Source: Succinivibrio sp.
Lineage (GTDB): Bacteria > Pseudomonadota > Gammaproteobacteria > Enterobacterales > Succinivibrionaceae
Length of the DNA: 64,000 nucleotides
NCBI GenBank assembly: GCA_017635415.1
Contig: JAGBLM010000072.1
Span: 13,089-77,088, forward strand
Direction of reading: 5' to 3'
A program made the translations under genes and the position numbers. Positions 1 through 9,693 of the stretch are shown piece after piece. The notes under the pieces are model-generated. The model was not told the origin of the DNA. It saw only the letters and a program-made list of their open reading frames with translations, and searched no databases. The stretch's first letter is position 1, and every line of letters begins with the position of its first letter.

Positions 1-378
1 CTGGTTGATACCGCCGGTGTTGGCATGAATGACGAAAGATTCGGTACACAGCTCTCTCAGCTTAAAATGCAGTCCAAATTGAGGTTAAGACATTATCTTG
101 TTTTACCTGCAACAGCCCAGCGCAGGGTTCTGGATCAGGCCTACGGCCATTTTGCGGATATCGGTCTTGAAGGTGTGATACTGACTAAAGTCGATGAAAG
201 TCAGTCTTTAGGTGATTCCCTGTCACTATGTTTAAAGCATGATTTGAAACTGAGTTATATCACTGACGGACAGCGAGTTCCTGAGGATTTAAGAGTTCCC
301 GAACCTCGAGATATAGCCATGAAGGCCCTGGTCAGCGTGGAAAACGAAGCTGCTCAGACAGCTTTTGGAATGGAGTAA
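1..378 (+). CDS. flhF: FlhF SRP-type GTPase, C-terminal part (5' truncated by window)
   Basis: Frame 1 reads LVDTAG...LTKVDE...ITDGQRVPEDL (G3, G4 and closing motifs); directly upstream of flhG. Confidence 0.93.
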   Translation: MVDTAGVGMNDERFGTQLSQLKMQSKLRLRHYLVLPATAQRRVLDQAYGHFADIGLEGVILTKVDESQSLGDSLSLCLKHDLKLSYITDGQRVPEDLRVPEPRDIAMKALVSVENEAAQTAFGME

Positions 379-390
379 AAGGTGTTTCCT

Positions 391-1215
391 ATGGTAGATA
401 GTTCACAGTCAGCACACAAAGTTAAGGTAATTACTGTCACCGGTGGAAAGGGTGGTGTAGGCAAAACCAGTATTTCTCTGAATCTTGCCGTTGCCCTGAG
501 TCTTTTAGGCAAGAAGGTAATGCTCTTCGATGCCGACTTGGGCCTTGCCAACATCGATGTGATGCTTGGACTGAAAGTTGAGAGGAATCTGGGACATGTT
601 CTGCGTGGAGAATGTGATCTTCAGGATATTATTCAGACTGGTCCGCATGGTCTGATGATTATTCCTGCCTCGTCAGGCCTTAAGGAGATGGCAGAACTTT
701 CCGTAGAACAGCACGCCGGACTTATTCGTGCTTTTTCAAGTCTGAAGGTTGATGTTGATTATCTGATTGTTGATACGGCTGCAGGTATTTCTGACATGGT
801 TCTGTCATTTTGTCGCGCCGCTCAGGATGTACTGATGGTGGTGTGCAATGAACCGACCTCAATTGCGGATGCATATGCGCAGATGAAGGTGCTCTCAAGG
901 GATTACGGGGTCAAGAAGTTTAAAATCATCGGTAACCAGATGCATTCGATGGATGAAGGCAAGATAATGTTCCAGAAACTGGTGATGGTTGCAGAGAGAT
1001 TTTTGGATACAACTTTGGAACTGGTGGCCTGTATTCCTGTTGATGTGAACATGAGAAAGTCCATCAGACAGCGTTCCTGCGTGGTTGATCTTTATCCTAG
1101 CTCGCCTGCATCAAGAGCCTTTAAAACTCTGGCTTCAAGGGTTACAACCTGGCCGGTTCCGGATGTGGCCGGCGGGCATTTGCAGTTCTTTGTAGAGAAT
1201 TTGATCGGCGCCTGA
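391..1215 (+). CDS. flhG: FlhG/FleN MinD-like ATPase
   Basis: GGKGGVGKT Walker A, DADLGLANID, EPTSIADAYA; lies between flhF and fliA. Confidence 0.95.
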   Translation: MVDSSQSAHKVKVITVTGGKGGVGKTSISLNLAVALSLLGKKVMLFDADLGLANIDVMLGLKVERNLGHVLRGECDLQDIIQTGPHGLMIIPASSGLKEMAELSVEQHAGLIRAFSSLKVDVDYLIVDTAAGISDMVLSFCRAAQDVLMVVCNEPTSIADAYAQMKVLSRDYGVKKFKIIGNQMHSMDEGKIMFQKLVMVAERFLDTTLELVACIPVDVNMRKSIRQRSCVVDLYPSSPASRAFKTLASRVTTWPVPDVAGGHLQFFVENLIGA

Positions 1216-1342
1216 TTGATTGAAAATAAAAAAAGAGGCGTTCGGCAAAATGCTGATCATGCTGATATGTTAAAATAGCGACGAAAATGGTATATCTTTT
1301 TCATTAATTAGAAAATAACAGTCAATTAAAGCTACAAAATTT

Positions 1343-2083
1343 ATGGCAGGTTACATAAACGGAGCTCGGGCTTACAGAGTCCAGCAGAGAACAGATATGG
1401 TGACAAAGGTGGAAGAATACGCTCCTTTAGTGAAGCGTGTTGCCCTTCATCTTAAGGCCAGACTTCCTGCCAATGTTGAGCTTGATGATCTGATTCAGTC
1501 CGGAATGATTGGTCTGATGGATGCTGTCGCCCATTACGAGGATGGTCATGGGGCATCGTTTGAGACCTATGCCACAATCAGAATCAGAGGGGCGATGATC
1601 GACGAGATGAGACAGTCTGACTGGGCTCCCCGATCTGTTCATCAGAGCTCCAGACAGATTTCTGAAGCCATCGCAAAACTATCTCATAAACTGGGGCGTG
1701 AGCCTAAAGATACGGAAATTGCCGCCGAATTAAATGTTGATTTGGCAAAGTATCAGCAGATGCTGCTCGAGTCATCGACATCGCAGATTGTGGGCATTGA
1801 GGATTTGGGCGTCACGGATGATGTTATCAGCGACAGTCGAGATCATAAACAGGACAAACTGTTTGAGATGCTGGCGACTGCGGAATTTAAAAAATCCCTG
1901 GCTCTGGCAATTTCGAAACTGCCAGAAAGAGAACAGCAGGTTCTGGCTCTTTACTATGATGAAGAACTAAACCTCAGAGAGATAGGCGAAGTCTTGGAAC
2001 TCAGTGAATCTCGTATTTGTCAGATTATGTCTCAGGCAATGGCGAGACTCAGAGCTGCATTAAAAGCGTGGCGAGTTGGCTAG
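1343..2083 (+). CDS. fliA: Flagellar sigma factor sigma-28
   Basis: DDLIQSGMIGL, RIRGAMIDEMR..DWAPRS, ELNLREIGEVLELSESRICQ. Confidence 0.96.
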   Translation: MAGYINGARAYRVQQRTDMVTKVEEYAPLVKRVALHLKARLPANVELDDLIQSGMIGLMDAVAHYEDGHGASFETYATIRIRGAMIDEMRQSDWAPRSVHQSSRQISEAIAKLSHKLGREPKDTEIAAELNVDLAKYQQMLLESSTSQIVGIEDLGVTDDVISDSRDHKQDKLFEMLATAEFKKSLALAISKLPEREQQVLALYYDEELNLREIGEVLELSESRICQIMSQAMARLRAALKAWRVG

Positions 2084-2225
2084 TCAATTCTGAGTCTCAT
2101 CTCATAAAAATTGAACGGTATTCTAGTGACTAAGCGTTACTAGATGTAAAGTAGAATGAGGTTAAAGACCTGTTCTACCATATGTGAAATTGTGGGCATT
2201 GTGACCCCACGACTAGGAGTCTATC

Positions 2226-2609
2226 TTGGATAAGAATATCAAGATATTGATCGTCGACGACTTTTCTACCATGCGTCGAATCGTCAAAAACTTGCTTCGT
2301 GATCTCGGATATAACAATACACATGAGGCAGATGACGGTGCAACAGCACTACCAATGCTCGAAAACGGTGATTTTCAGTTTGTTGTTACTGATTGGAATA
2401 TGCCAATTATGCAGGGCATTGATCTGCTCAAGGCTATTCGCAAGAGTCCTAAACTCAAAGCTTTACCTGTTCTGATGATTACTGCCGAGGCGAAACGTGA
2501 GCAGATCGTAGAAGCCGCAATGGCAGGTGTGAATGGCTATATTGTCAAACCGTTCACCGCGGCAACACTGAAGGCGAAGTTAGATAAGATTTTTGAAAGA
2601 TTCGAGTAA
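2226..2609 (+). CDS. cheY: Chemotaxis response regulator CheY
   Basis: [30 protein letters not shown]; TTG start after AGGAG. Confidence 0.97.
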   Translation: MDKNIKILIVDDFSTMRRIVKNLLRDLGYNNTHEADDGATALPMLENGDFQFVVTDWNMPIMQGIDLLKAIRKSPKLKALPVLMITAEAKREQIVEAAMAGVNGYIVKPFTAATLKAKLDKIFERFE

Positions 2610-2636
2610 CTATTCCGAGAATTAAAGATACTGATT

Positions 2637-3374
2637 ATGGAAAAAGCCCCACTTACGCTTGGCGATATTCAGGAAGTAGAGGAAATGCTCGAGTGCGGCA
2701 TGCAGGATGAAGCCGAACAGAGGATTATCGCCTTGGCACAGAAACTTGAAAAGGATTCTGTATATTCTCAGGTTGGTGTTTTGACCAGAGATTTGCATGA
2801 TGCCATTACAAGGTTCGCTGATGATGAGAGGCTTAGAGTCATAACCAACGTTGAAATCCCTGATGCCTCTGAGCGTCTGCGTTATATCATCGATATGACG
2901 GATAAGGCCGCCAACAGCACTTTGGATGCGGTTGAATCCTGTGAGCCTATTGTGAATTCACTGCTGGCAACAATTGACAATCTTATGCCGGCCTGGGATC
3001 AGCTCATGCATGGTCAGATTGATAGATTCGAGTTTGTTAATCTCTGTCACAAAATTGATAACCTGATTCGAAAGACTCGTGATATTGCTGAGAAAGTATC
3101 AGATCAGCTGAACAAGATTATGATGGCTCAGGATTATCAGGATCTGACCGGACAGATGATTCAGAAGGTTATCAAGCTGGTTGCAGAGGTTGAAGACAAA
3201 TTGGTCAAGTTCCTGAAGTCATGCGGGGCTAATGCCGTGGATGTGTCGAAGAATGTCAAGAATGGTTCTGGCATTGAGGCAGAGGGACCGGCTCTAAGTA
3301 AACATATAGAAAGCAAGCAGGTTGCCCAGTCACAGGATGATGTCGATGATCTGTTGGCAAGTTTGGGCTTCTGA
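2637..3374 (+). CDS. cheZ: CheY-P phosphatase CheZ
   Basis: AQDYQDLTGQMI motif; C-terminal QDDVDDLLASLGF. Confidence 0.95.
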   Translation: MEKAPLTLGDIQEVEEMLECGMQDEAEQRIIALAQKLEKDSVYSQVGVLTRDLHDAITRFADDERLRVITNVEIPDASERLRYIIDMTDKAANSTLDAVESCEPIVNSLLATIDNLMPAWDQLMHGQIDRFEFVNLCHKIDNLIRKTRDIAEKVSDQLNKIMMAQDYQDLTGQMIQKVIKLVAEVEDKLVKFLKSCGANAVDVSKNVKNGSGIEAEGPALSKHIESKQVAQSQDDVDDLLASLGF

Positions 3375-3391
3375 GATACGGAGAAAGAGAG

Positions 3392-5434
3392 ATGGATGAG
3401 GAAATTCTACAGGACTTTATCGTTGAAGCTGGTGAAATTATTGAACGCTTGAACGAACAGTTAGTCCAGATTGAAAAAGCTCCGGATGATAAAGACTTAC
3501 TGAATGCTATTTTCAGAGGCTTCCATACTGTAAAGGGTGGTGCCGGATTCTTGCAGCTTACCAGTTTGGTGGAAGTATGTCATGCAGCCGAAAGTCTGTT
3601 TGATGAACTGCGTAATGCTCGTATCAGTATGAGTCCGGATCTGATGGATGCGGTACTTCAGGCTTATGACGAAATAACCACCATGTTTGACTCCGTTAAA
3701 AACGGTGAAGTTCCGGAAGATGCCCCTAAGGATTTGATCGATAAATTACATGCTCTGGCTCAGGGCGGTGGCGCACCTGCAGTAGCGCCAGCACCTGCGG
3801 CCGCTCCTGCTGCGCCGGCACCGGCTCCTACACCAGCTCCGGAGCCTGCTCCTGCACCTGCAGCCGCTCCTGCTGCTGAATCATCAGGCGGTGATGACAA
3901 ATCTATTGATGATATTACAGAAGACGAATTTGAGGCTCTTCTTGACCAGTTGCACGGTAAGGGGCATGCGCCTGGTGCTGATGGCGATTTGGCTGCTGAT
4001 GCAACAGATGCGGACTTTGAAGAAATGCTCAAGAATGCCCAGCCTGGCGGGTCCAAGAAGGAGGAGAGTTCAGGCAGTGGTGAGCTCAAGGTAGCCTCTG
4101 GTGAAGAGTATAACAAGGCTCAGAGTGAGGCCAAGGCTGCTCCAGCTCCTGCTCCCGCGGCTCCGGCAGCAGCTAAACCGGCAGAGTCAAAACCTGCTGC
4201 TAAACCTGCGGCAAAGAGCGCTGGAGGCAGCAAACCGGCAGCTCCTGAGGCGGAGACAACGGTTCGTGTTGATACTCAGGTTCTTGATGACATCATGAAT
4301 CTTGTCGGTGAGCTGGTACTTGTCCGTAATCGTCTGGTTAATATGGCCTCAAGACGTTCCGATCAGGAAATGACCAAGGCCATTTCGAACCTTGATGTTG
4401 TTACCGGTGATCTGCAGAATTCTGTAATGAAGACCCGAATGCAGCCTGTAAGAAAGGTGTTCGGCAGATTCCCTCGTGTTGTACGTGATCTGGCAAGAAA
4501 ACTTGGCAAGAAGATCGAGCTTCGAATGGAAGGTGAGGATACTGAACTCGATAAGAATCTGGTTGATGCTCTTGCTGATCCTATGGTACACATGGTTCGT
4601 AACTGCTGTGACCACGGTATTGAGGATCCTGAAACCCGTCTTTCCATGGGCAAGCAGGAGACCGGTATCGTTCTTCTGGCCGCCTCTCAGCACGGTGATC
4701 ATATTCTGCTTACCATCAGCGATGATGGTGCGGGTATGGACCCTGAAGTCTTACGTGCTGTAGCAGTAAGAAAGGGAGTTATGGATAAGGCTTCTGCTGA
4801 TCGTCTGTCAGATGCTGATGCTCTGAATCTTATTTTTGCTCCTGGTTTCTCTACTAATACCGAGATTACTGATATTTCAGGTCGTGGTGTCGGTATGGAC
4901 GTGGTTAAGACCAATATTTCAAAACTCAATGGTTCCGTTCGCGTTCTTTCGACATTAGGTGAAGGTACCACCATTGAGATCAAGGTCCCTCTGACACTGG
5001 CTATTCTGCCGACACTGATGATTTCAGTTTCAAAGAGGACTTTTGCTTTGCCTCTGACCTCAGTTTCAGAAATTTTCTACCTGAGTTTGGATTCAATGCG
5101 TAATGTTGATGGTCTTAATACCATTGTCATTCGTGATAAAGCTATTCCACTGTTTTTCCTTAAGCAATGGTTTGAGAATAAACCTATTGATGAATATCTT
5201 GAGAGAAAGGCTCATATTGTGCTTGTTCAGGTGTCAGCAGCGCAGTTGGTTGGATTTGTCGTAGATGAACTGTTAGGTCAGGAGGAAGTGGTTATCAAGC
5301 CTTTGGATGCTGCACTTCGTCATACTCCTGGCATGGCAGGTGCGACAGTAACATCAGACGGCGGTATAGCGATTATCCTTGATATTCCTGGTTTGATGAG
5401 AGCGTATGCTCACAAGACCATGGACAGATTCTAA
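3392..5434 (+). CDS. cheA: Chemotaxis histidine kinase CheA
   Basis: FRGFHTVKGGAG HPt domain, HMVRNCCDHGIE, SGRGVGMDVV, C-terminal CheW-like domain; Pro/Ala-rich linkers. Confidence 0.97.
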   Translation: MDEEILQDFIVEAGEIIERLNEQLVQIEKAPDDKDLLNAIFRGFHTVKGGAGFLQLTSLVEVCHAAESLFDELRNARISMSPDLMDAVLQAYDEITTMFDSVKNGEVPEDAPKDLIDKLHALAQGGGAPAVAPAPAAAPAAPAPAPTPAPEPAPAPAAAPAAESSGGDDKSIDDITEDEFEALLDQLHGKGHAPGADGDLAADATDADFEEMLKNAQPGGSKKEESSGSGELKVASGEEYNKAQSEAKAAPAPAPAAPAAAKPAESKPAAKPAAKSAGGSKPAAPEAETTVRVDTQVLDDIMNLVGELVLVRNRLVNMASRRSDQEMTKAISNLDVVTGDLQNSVMKTRMQPVRKVFGRFPRVVRDLARKLGKKIELRMEGEDTELDKNLVDALADPMVHMVRNCCDHGIEDPETRLSMGKQETGIVLLAASQHGDHILLTISDDGAGMDPEVLRAVAVRKGVMDKASADRLSDADALNLIFAPGFSTNTEITDISGRGVGMDVVKTNISKLNGSVRVLSTLGEGTTIEIKVPLTLAILPTLMISVSKRTFALPLTSVSEIFYLSLDSMRNVDGLNTIVIRDKAIPLFFLKQWFENKPIDEYLERKAHIVLVQVSAAQLVGFVVDELLGQEEVVIKPLDAALRHTPGMAGATVTSDGGIAIILDIPGLMRAYAHKTMDRF

Positions 5435-5455
5435 TTTGGTTTGGGAAAACTTTAT

Positions 5456-6682
5456 ATGGCGATTAAAGTATTAGTAGTAGATGATTCTTCATTTTTCCGT
5501 AAACGCCTAAGAGAAATTATTGATGCTGATCCGGCACTTGAGGTGGTAGGTGAGGCTAAAGACGGTAAAGAAGGTGTTGCCATGGCTGCACAGTTAAGAC
5601 CGAACGTCATTACTATGGACGTTGAGATGCCTGTAATGGACGGTATTACCGCAGTTAAGGAGATTATGGCAAAATCTCCTACGCCGATTTTAATGTTCTC
5701 CTCACTTACCCATGAAGGTGCTCAGGCAACGTTTAAGGCTCTTGAAGCTGGCGCCATTGATTTCATGCCAAAAAACTTCGACGATATTGCTCATCGTCGT
5801 GAAGATGGTCTGAATGCCCTCAGGTCTTCAATCAAGGCTGTTGCAAGAAGTCGTGTCGGACTGATCCGTTCTACTCCAAGACCTGCGACTACTGTTGCAG
5901 CGCGTCCTGCCGCTCCTGCTGTTACAACACCAAGAATTACTCCTGCAGCTTCTGCTGCCGCCGCGTCAAGCGCCGCTTCGCAGAGTTCTGCTATGGGGCA
6001 GTACCGCAAGATCAATGAGATGCTCGGACATGAACAGGGGGTTCCTGCGGCTGCTAAAAAATTTACTTTTGGTGACCACAAGTCAGAGACTACTCAGTAC
6101 AAAAAATCAGGGAAACAGCACAGTATTGTTGCCATCGGAAGTTCTACCGGTGGTCCTATTGCTCTGCAGAATCTTATTCCAAAGTTGCCTAAACTGTCTG
6201 TTCCTGTGGTTATTGTTCAGCATATGCCGGCGTCCTTCACGGAAACATTTGCTCAGCGTCTGGATGCTATTTCTCAGTTGCATGTGGTTGAGGCAAAGGA
6301 AGGCGATATTCTCGAGCCTGGCACCTGTTATATTGCACCAGGCGGAAAACAGATGATTTTCGAGCGCGTTGGTGTTAAAACCAAGGTTCGTATCTTGAAG
6401 GACGAAGGACGAGTTGCCTATAATCCTTGCGTCGATGTGTCGTTCGCTTCGTTAAACCAGATTTATGGCGGTAAGACTCTGGCTATGATTTTGACTGGAA
6501 TGGGATCTGACGGCTGTGAGGGGTGCAAACTTATGAAGCAGCGCGGTGCTGTTGTATGGGCACAGAACGAAGAAACCTGCGTTGTTTATGGCATGCCTCA
6601 GGCAATTGTTAATGCCGGCATCGCAGATCTTGTTCTGCCGCTTGAAGAGATTGCTCCAAGTATTGTCAAGGAATTTCAGTAA
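5456..6682 (+). CDS. cheB: Chemotaxis methylesterase CheB
   Basis: REC domain plus GSSTGGP, VQHMP, LTGMGSDG. Confidence 0.96.
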   Translation: MAIKVLVVDDSSFFRKRLREIIDADPALEVVGEAKDGKEGVAMAAQLRPNVITMDVEMPVMDGITAVKEIMAKSPTPILMFSSLTHEGAQATFKALEAGAIDFMPKNFDDIAHRREDGLNALRSSIKAVARSRVGLIRSTPRPATTVAARPAAPAVTTPRITPAASAAAASSAASQSSAMGQYRKINEMLGHEQGVPAAAKKFTFGDHKSETTQYKKSGKQHSIVAIGSSTGGPIALQNLIPKLPKLSVPVVIVQHMPASFTETFAQRLDAISQLHVVEAKEGDILEPGTCYIAPGGKQMIFERVGVKTKVRILKDEGRVAYNPCVDVSFASLNQIYGGKTLAMILTGMGSDGCEGCKLMKQRGAVVWAQNEETCVVYGMPQAIVNAGIADLVLPLEEIAPSIVKEFQ

Positions 6683-6767
6683 CGGTTCCTGCATGCTGAT
6701 AGGTGCTTTTCACGACCCGGGGTAAGTTCATAAAAGTCCTAGGGTCGTTTCTGCCGAAGGTGGTTTT

Positions 6768-7514
6768 ATGAACTTTTTGGGTATCTTTCTTGCCATTGGC
6801 TGTATTCTCACCTCCATGATCCTGGAGGGAACACATCCTGGTATTTTGATCAACCTGCCTGCCTTCCTCGTAGTGTGGGGAGCTGCATTCTTTGCCTGTT
6901 TTGTGCAGTTTACTATCGGCGAGATCTTGGCCGGAGTCAAATGTTTCTTGTGGCTGCTGGCTCCGCCAAGACAGAATCTTGCCGCTCAGGTTGAGTTACT
7001 GGTTGGTCTTTCTACCACTGCCAGACAGCAGGGGTTGCTCGCTCTTGAAAATCAGATCGGTTCTGCAAGCGATGATTTCACACGTGATGGCATTCAGATG
7101 CTGGTTGATGGTGTTGACAAGGATACCTTAAAAGCACTACTTGAAAATGCCATCGATATTGAACAGGCCAAATACACCCCGTGCTGCAAGTTCTGGGAAG
7201 GTTTGGGCGGTTATGCTCCTACCATGGGTATTATCGGCGCCGTACTTGGTCTTATTCACGCCATGTCCCTGCTGGATCGCCCTGACCTGCTTGGACCTTC
7301 CATCGCCGTAGCATTCGTTGCTACTATTTACGGACTGGTTTTGGCTAATATTATCGCCCTTCCGGCTTCGGCCCGAATCAAGAATATAGCTTCGGGAATG
7401 GCTATCTACAAATACATGACTTTGGAAGGTCTGTTATCCATTGCTGCAGGCGAAAACACCATGATGATCAAACGTCGTATGGCTGTTTATACCGGTGAGA
7501 AGGCTGAAGGCTAA
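6768..7514 (+). CDS. motA: Flagellar stator A subunit (MotA/MotC/PomA family)
   Basis: ARQQGLLALE, GGYAPTMGIIGAVLGLI, AFVATIYG. Confidence 0.92.
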   Translation: MNFLGIFLAIGCILTSMILEGTHPGILINLPAFLVVWGAAFFACFVQFTIGEILAGVKCFLWLLAPPRQNLAAQVELLVGLSTTARQQGLLALENQIGSASDDFTRDGIQMLVDGVDKDTLKALLENAIDIEQAKYTPCCKFWEGLGGYAPTMGIIGAVLGLIHAMSLLDRPDLLGPSIAVAFVATIYGLVLANIIALPASARIKNIASGMAIYKYMTLEGLLSIAAGENTMMIKRRMAVYTGEKAEG

Positions 7515-7532
7515 CGAGCATAAGGGCGAGTT

Positions 7533-8756
7533 ATGAAGAAGGAACCAGAGGAGCACGTTAATCTAGAACGCTGGATGGTGTCGTATGCTGACTTTATGAC
7601 ACTGTTGTTTGCTCTGTTCGTGGTATTGTATTCCTTTGCCATGGCCAAGGCCTCAGAGGCACAGTCCATGGCGCAGAGCATTGCCGAATCCTTCGAATCC
7701 GGACTTATAAGTCAGTCAGGTGGTGTTCTGGTTGTTCCTGACAGTGTGGCTCAGCAACTTGCAGAAGAAGCTGAAAAGAGTGCTGAAAGCGGCTCTGGTG
7801 AGGCGCAGAAGGAATCAGTGCTCAACGGCGGTATGATAATGAATTTCACGTCTGCCGCTTCCGCAGCAGATCCTGATAGTGAATCTGAGGCCACGGGAGG
7901 AAACGATCAGGATATTGATGGCAGCAATGTTTCTGACTCAACGTCATCTTCAGGAGAGTTGGTAGTTTCAGACAACGTCAAATCCAACAGTCAGGCACCT
8001 ACTTCGCGAAATCCTGAAGGCGGCAATATGACTGGTGATGGTGGTATGACTCCGGGCGGTGATGCTGACGAGATTGCTGATGGTGGCCGTACCAGCGTGG
8101 ATACGGAAACGGTTGGTGAAGGAAAGAACGGAGCTCCTTTTGAGGCGGTAAGAGAGTCCGTATCGAACGGTATACAGGAAATGGGAATTGAAGATCAGGT
8201 TGATATTGAACAGGATGAGCACTGGCTGACCATCAATATTAATTCCGGCATGCTGTTTGCGGAAGGCAGCGCTTCTATTCTGACCGCTTCAAGGCCTATC
8301 ATCGCCAGGATTGCGGTGGTTCTCTCGGGCATTAACAATTACATCCGTGTCAGAGGTTACACGGACAATACCTTTGTTCCAGACGGCATCTATCGTAACA
8401 GTTGGGATCTTTCTGCTCAGCGCGCGGTCAATGTTCTGCTGGAGCTGAGTAACAACAACATTGATCCTAGACGTCTTGCTGTGGAGGCCTATGGCGAATA
8501 CTCTCCGTTCTTCTCCAACGGTACTTCTGCCGGCCGAGCTCAGAATCGCCGTGTAGTTATTGCCATTTCTCGTTATGCTATAGCCTCAAAGGATTTAAAG
8601 GTGGTAGACAGAGTTGATAACTCCTCGTTCGACAGAGGAGAAGGTAGCGCTGGCTTTGGTGGTACATCAGGCGGTCGCGGTCAGACGGCAGGACAGGGTA
8701 ACGTGGAAGTAGTCCACGGAGATGATAATACGGTTCTGCTTGATTTTTCTAACTAA
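7533..8756 (+). CDS. motB: Flagellar stator B subunit (MotB/MotD family) with long low-complexity linker
   Basis: WMVSYADFMTLLFALFVVLYS transmembrane helix; OmpA-like domain GYTDN..NSWDLSAQRA..NRRV. Confidence 0.92.
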   Translation: MKKEPEEHVNLERWMVSYADFMTLLFALFVVLYSFAMAKASEAQSMAQSIAESFESGLISQSGGVLVVPDSVAQQLAEEAEKSAESGSGEAQKESVLNGGMIMNFTSAASAADPDSESEATGGNDQDIDGSNVSDSTSSSGELVVSDNVKSNSQAPTSRNPEGGNMTGDGGMTPGGDADEIADGGRTSVDTETVGEGKNGAPFEAVRESVSNGIQEMGIEDQVDIEQDEHWLTININSGMLFAEGSASILTASRPIIARIAVVLSGINNYIRVRGYTDNTFVPDGIYRNSWDLSAQRAVNVLLELSNNNIDPRRLAVEAYGEYSPFFSNGTSAGRAQNRRVVIAISRYAIASKDLKVVDRVDNSSFDRGEGSAGFGGTSGGRGQTAGQGNVEVVHGDDNTVLLDFSN

Positions 8757-8766
8757 GGAGTCAAAG

Positions 8767-9693
8767 GTGTTAGTTTGGGCAATTGCGAGTCAGAAAGGTG
8801 GTGTAGGGAAAACCACCACAGTTGCTTCGCTTGCTGGCTGGTTGCAGAAAGAGCGTCTGCGTGTGCTGGTAATCGACACCGATCCTCATTCATCATTGAC
8901 GAGTTATCTTGGTTATGAAGATGAAGGTCTTGATCATAATCTGTACGATTTGTACTCAACTAGAGAACTGAATCGGGAAACTGTTTTAAATTGTATTACC
9001 CACACCCGTTTCCCGGGAATTGATCTGATTGCTTCCTCAATGACTCTCGCCACGATTGACAGACAGTTGTCAGGAAGGGTCGGAGTGGGCAGAATACTGT
9101 CAAGGGCGCTTGATCTTATCAGTGATCACTATGATGTGGTGCTGATTGACTGTCCTCCTGTACTTGGAGCTCTGATGGTCAATGCTCTGGTGGCCAGCAC
9201 GGAGATCCTTGTTCCGACGCAGACGGAATTTTTAGCTTTAAAAGGTCTGGAGGGCATGGTTAAAACTTTCAGAATAATGCATAATGCTGACCCTGAAACA
9301 GAAATAAACTTTTATATTGTCCCAACCATGTTTGATAAACGAACCAAGGCATCAATCAGTTCCCTTGAATATCTGAAGTCTCATTATCACAGTAATCTGT
9401 GGGATGGCGTGGTACCTATCGATACTCTCTTCAGAGAAGCCAGTCAGAGGGGATTGCCTATACCTCTGATGGATGAGAAGTGCCGTGGTGCTGTGGCATA
9501 TAGGGAACTACTTTTAAGTCTGCTCAACCGCGAGCTGGAAATCTGTCCTGATCGCGTTTCTCCGGCAACAGCTGCAATCCTGACTGTTGATGATGAATCA
9601 GCGGATAATCAGACTGGTGAGCAGTCAGTCGATCCTGTGGCTGAGTCTATGGGCGCTATGCTTGGTGGCGCGGGACCTAAGGAGAATGTCTGA
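8767..9693 (+). CDS. ParA-family ATPase (ParC-like chemotaxis array positioning protein)
   Basis: QKGGVGKTTT, IDCPP, PTQTEFLA; GTG start after AAGGAG; same position as Vibrio chemotaxis parC. Confidence 0.88.
   Translation: MLVWAIASQKGGVGKTTTVASLAGWLQKERLRVLVIDTDPHSSLTSYLGYEDEGLDHNLYDLYSTRELNRETVLNCITHTRFPGIDLIASSMTLATIDRQLSGRVGVGRILSRALDLISDHYDVVLIDCPPVLGALMVNALVASTEILVPTQTEFLALKGLEGMVKTFRIMHNADPETEINFYIVPTMFDKRTKASISSLEYLKSHYHSNLWDGVVPIDTLFREASQRGLPIPLMDEKCRGAVAYRELLLSLLNRELEICPDRVSPATAAILTVDDESADNQTGEQSVDPVAESMGAMLGGAGPKENV

Noticed and set aside
3770-4250. GCT/CCT-rich repetitive DNA
   Set aside because: Encodes the Pro/Ala linkers of CheA; not a CRISPR array or DNA repeat element
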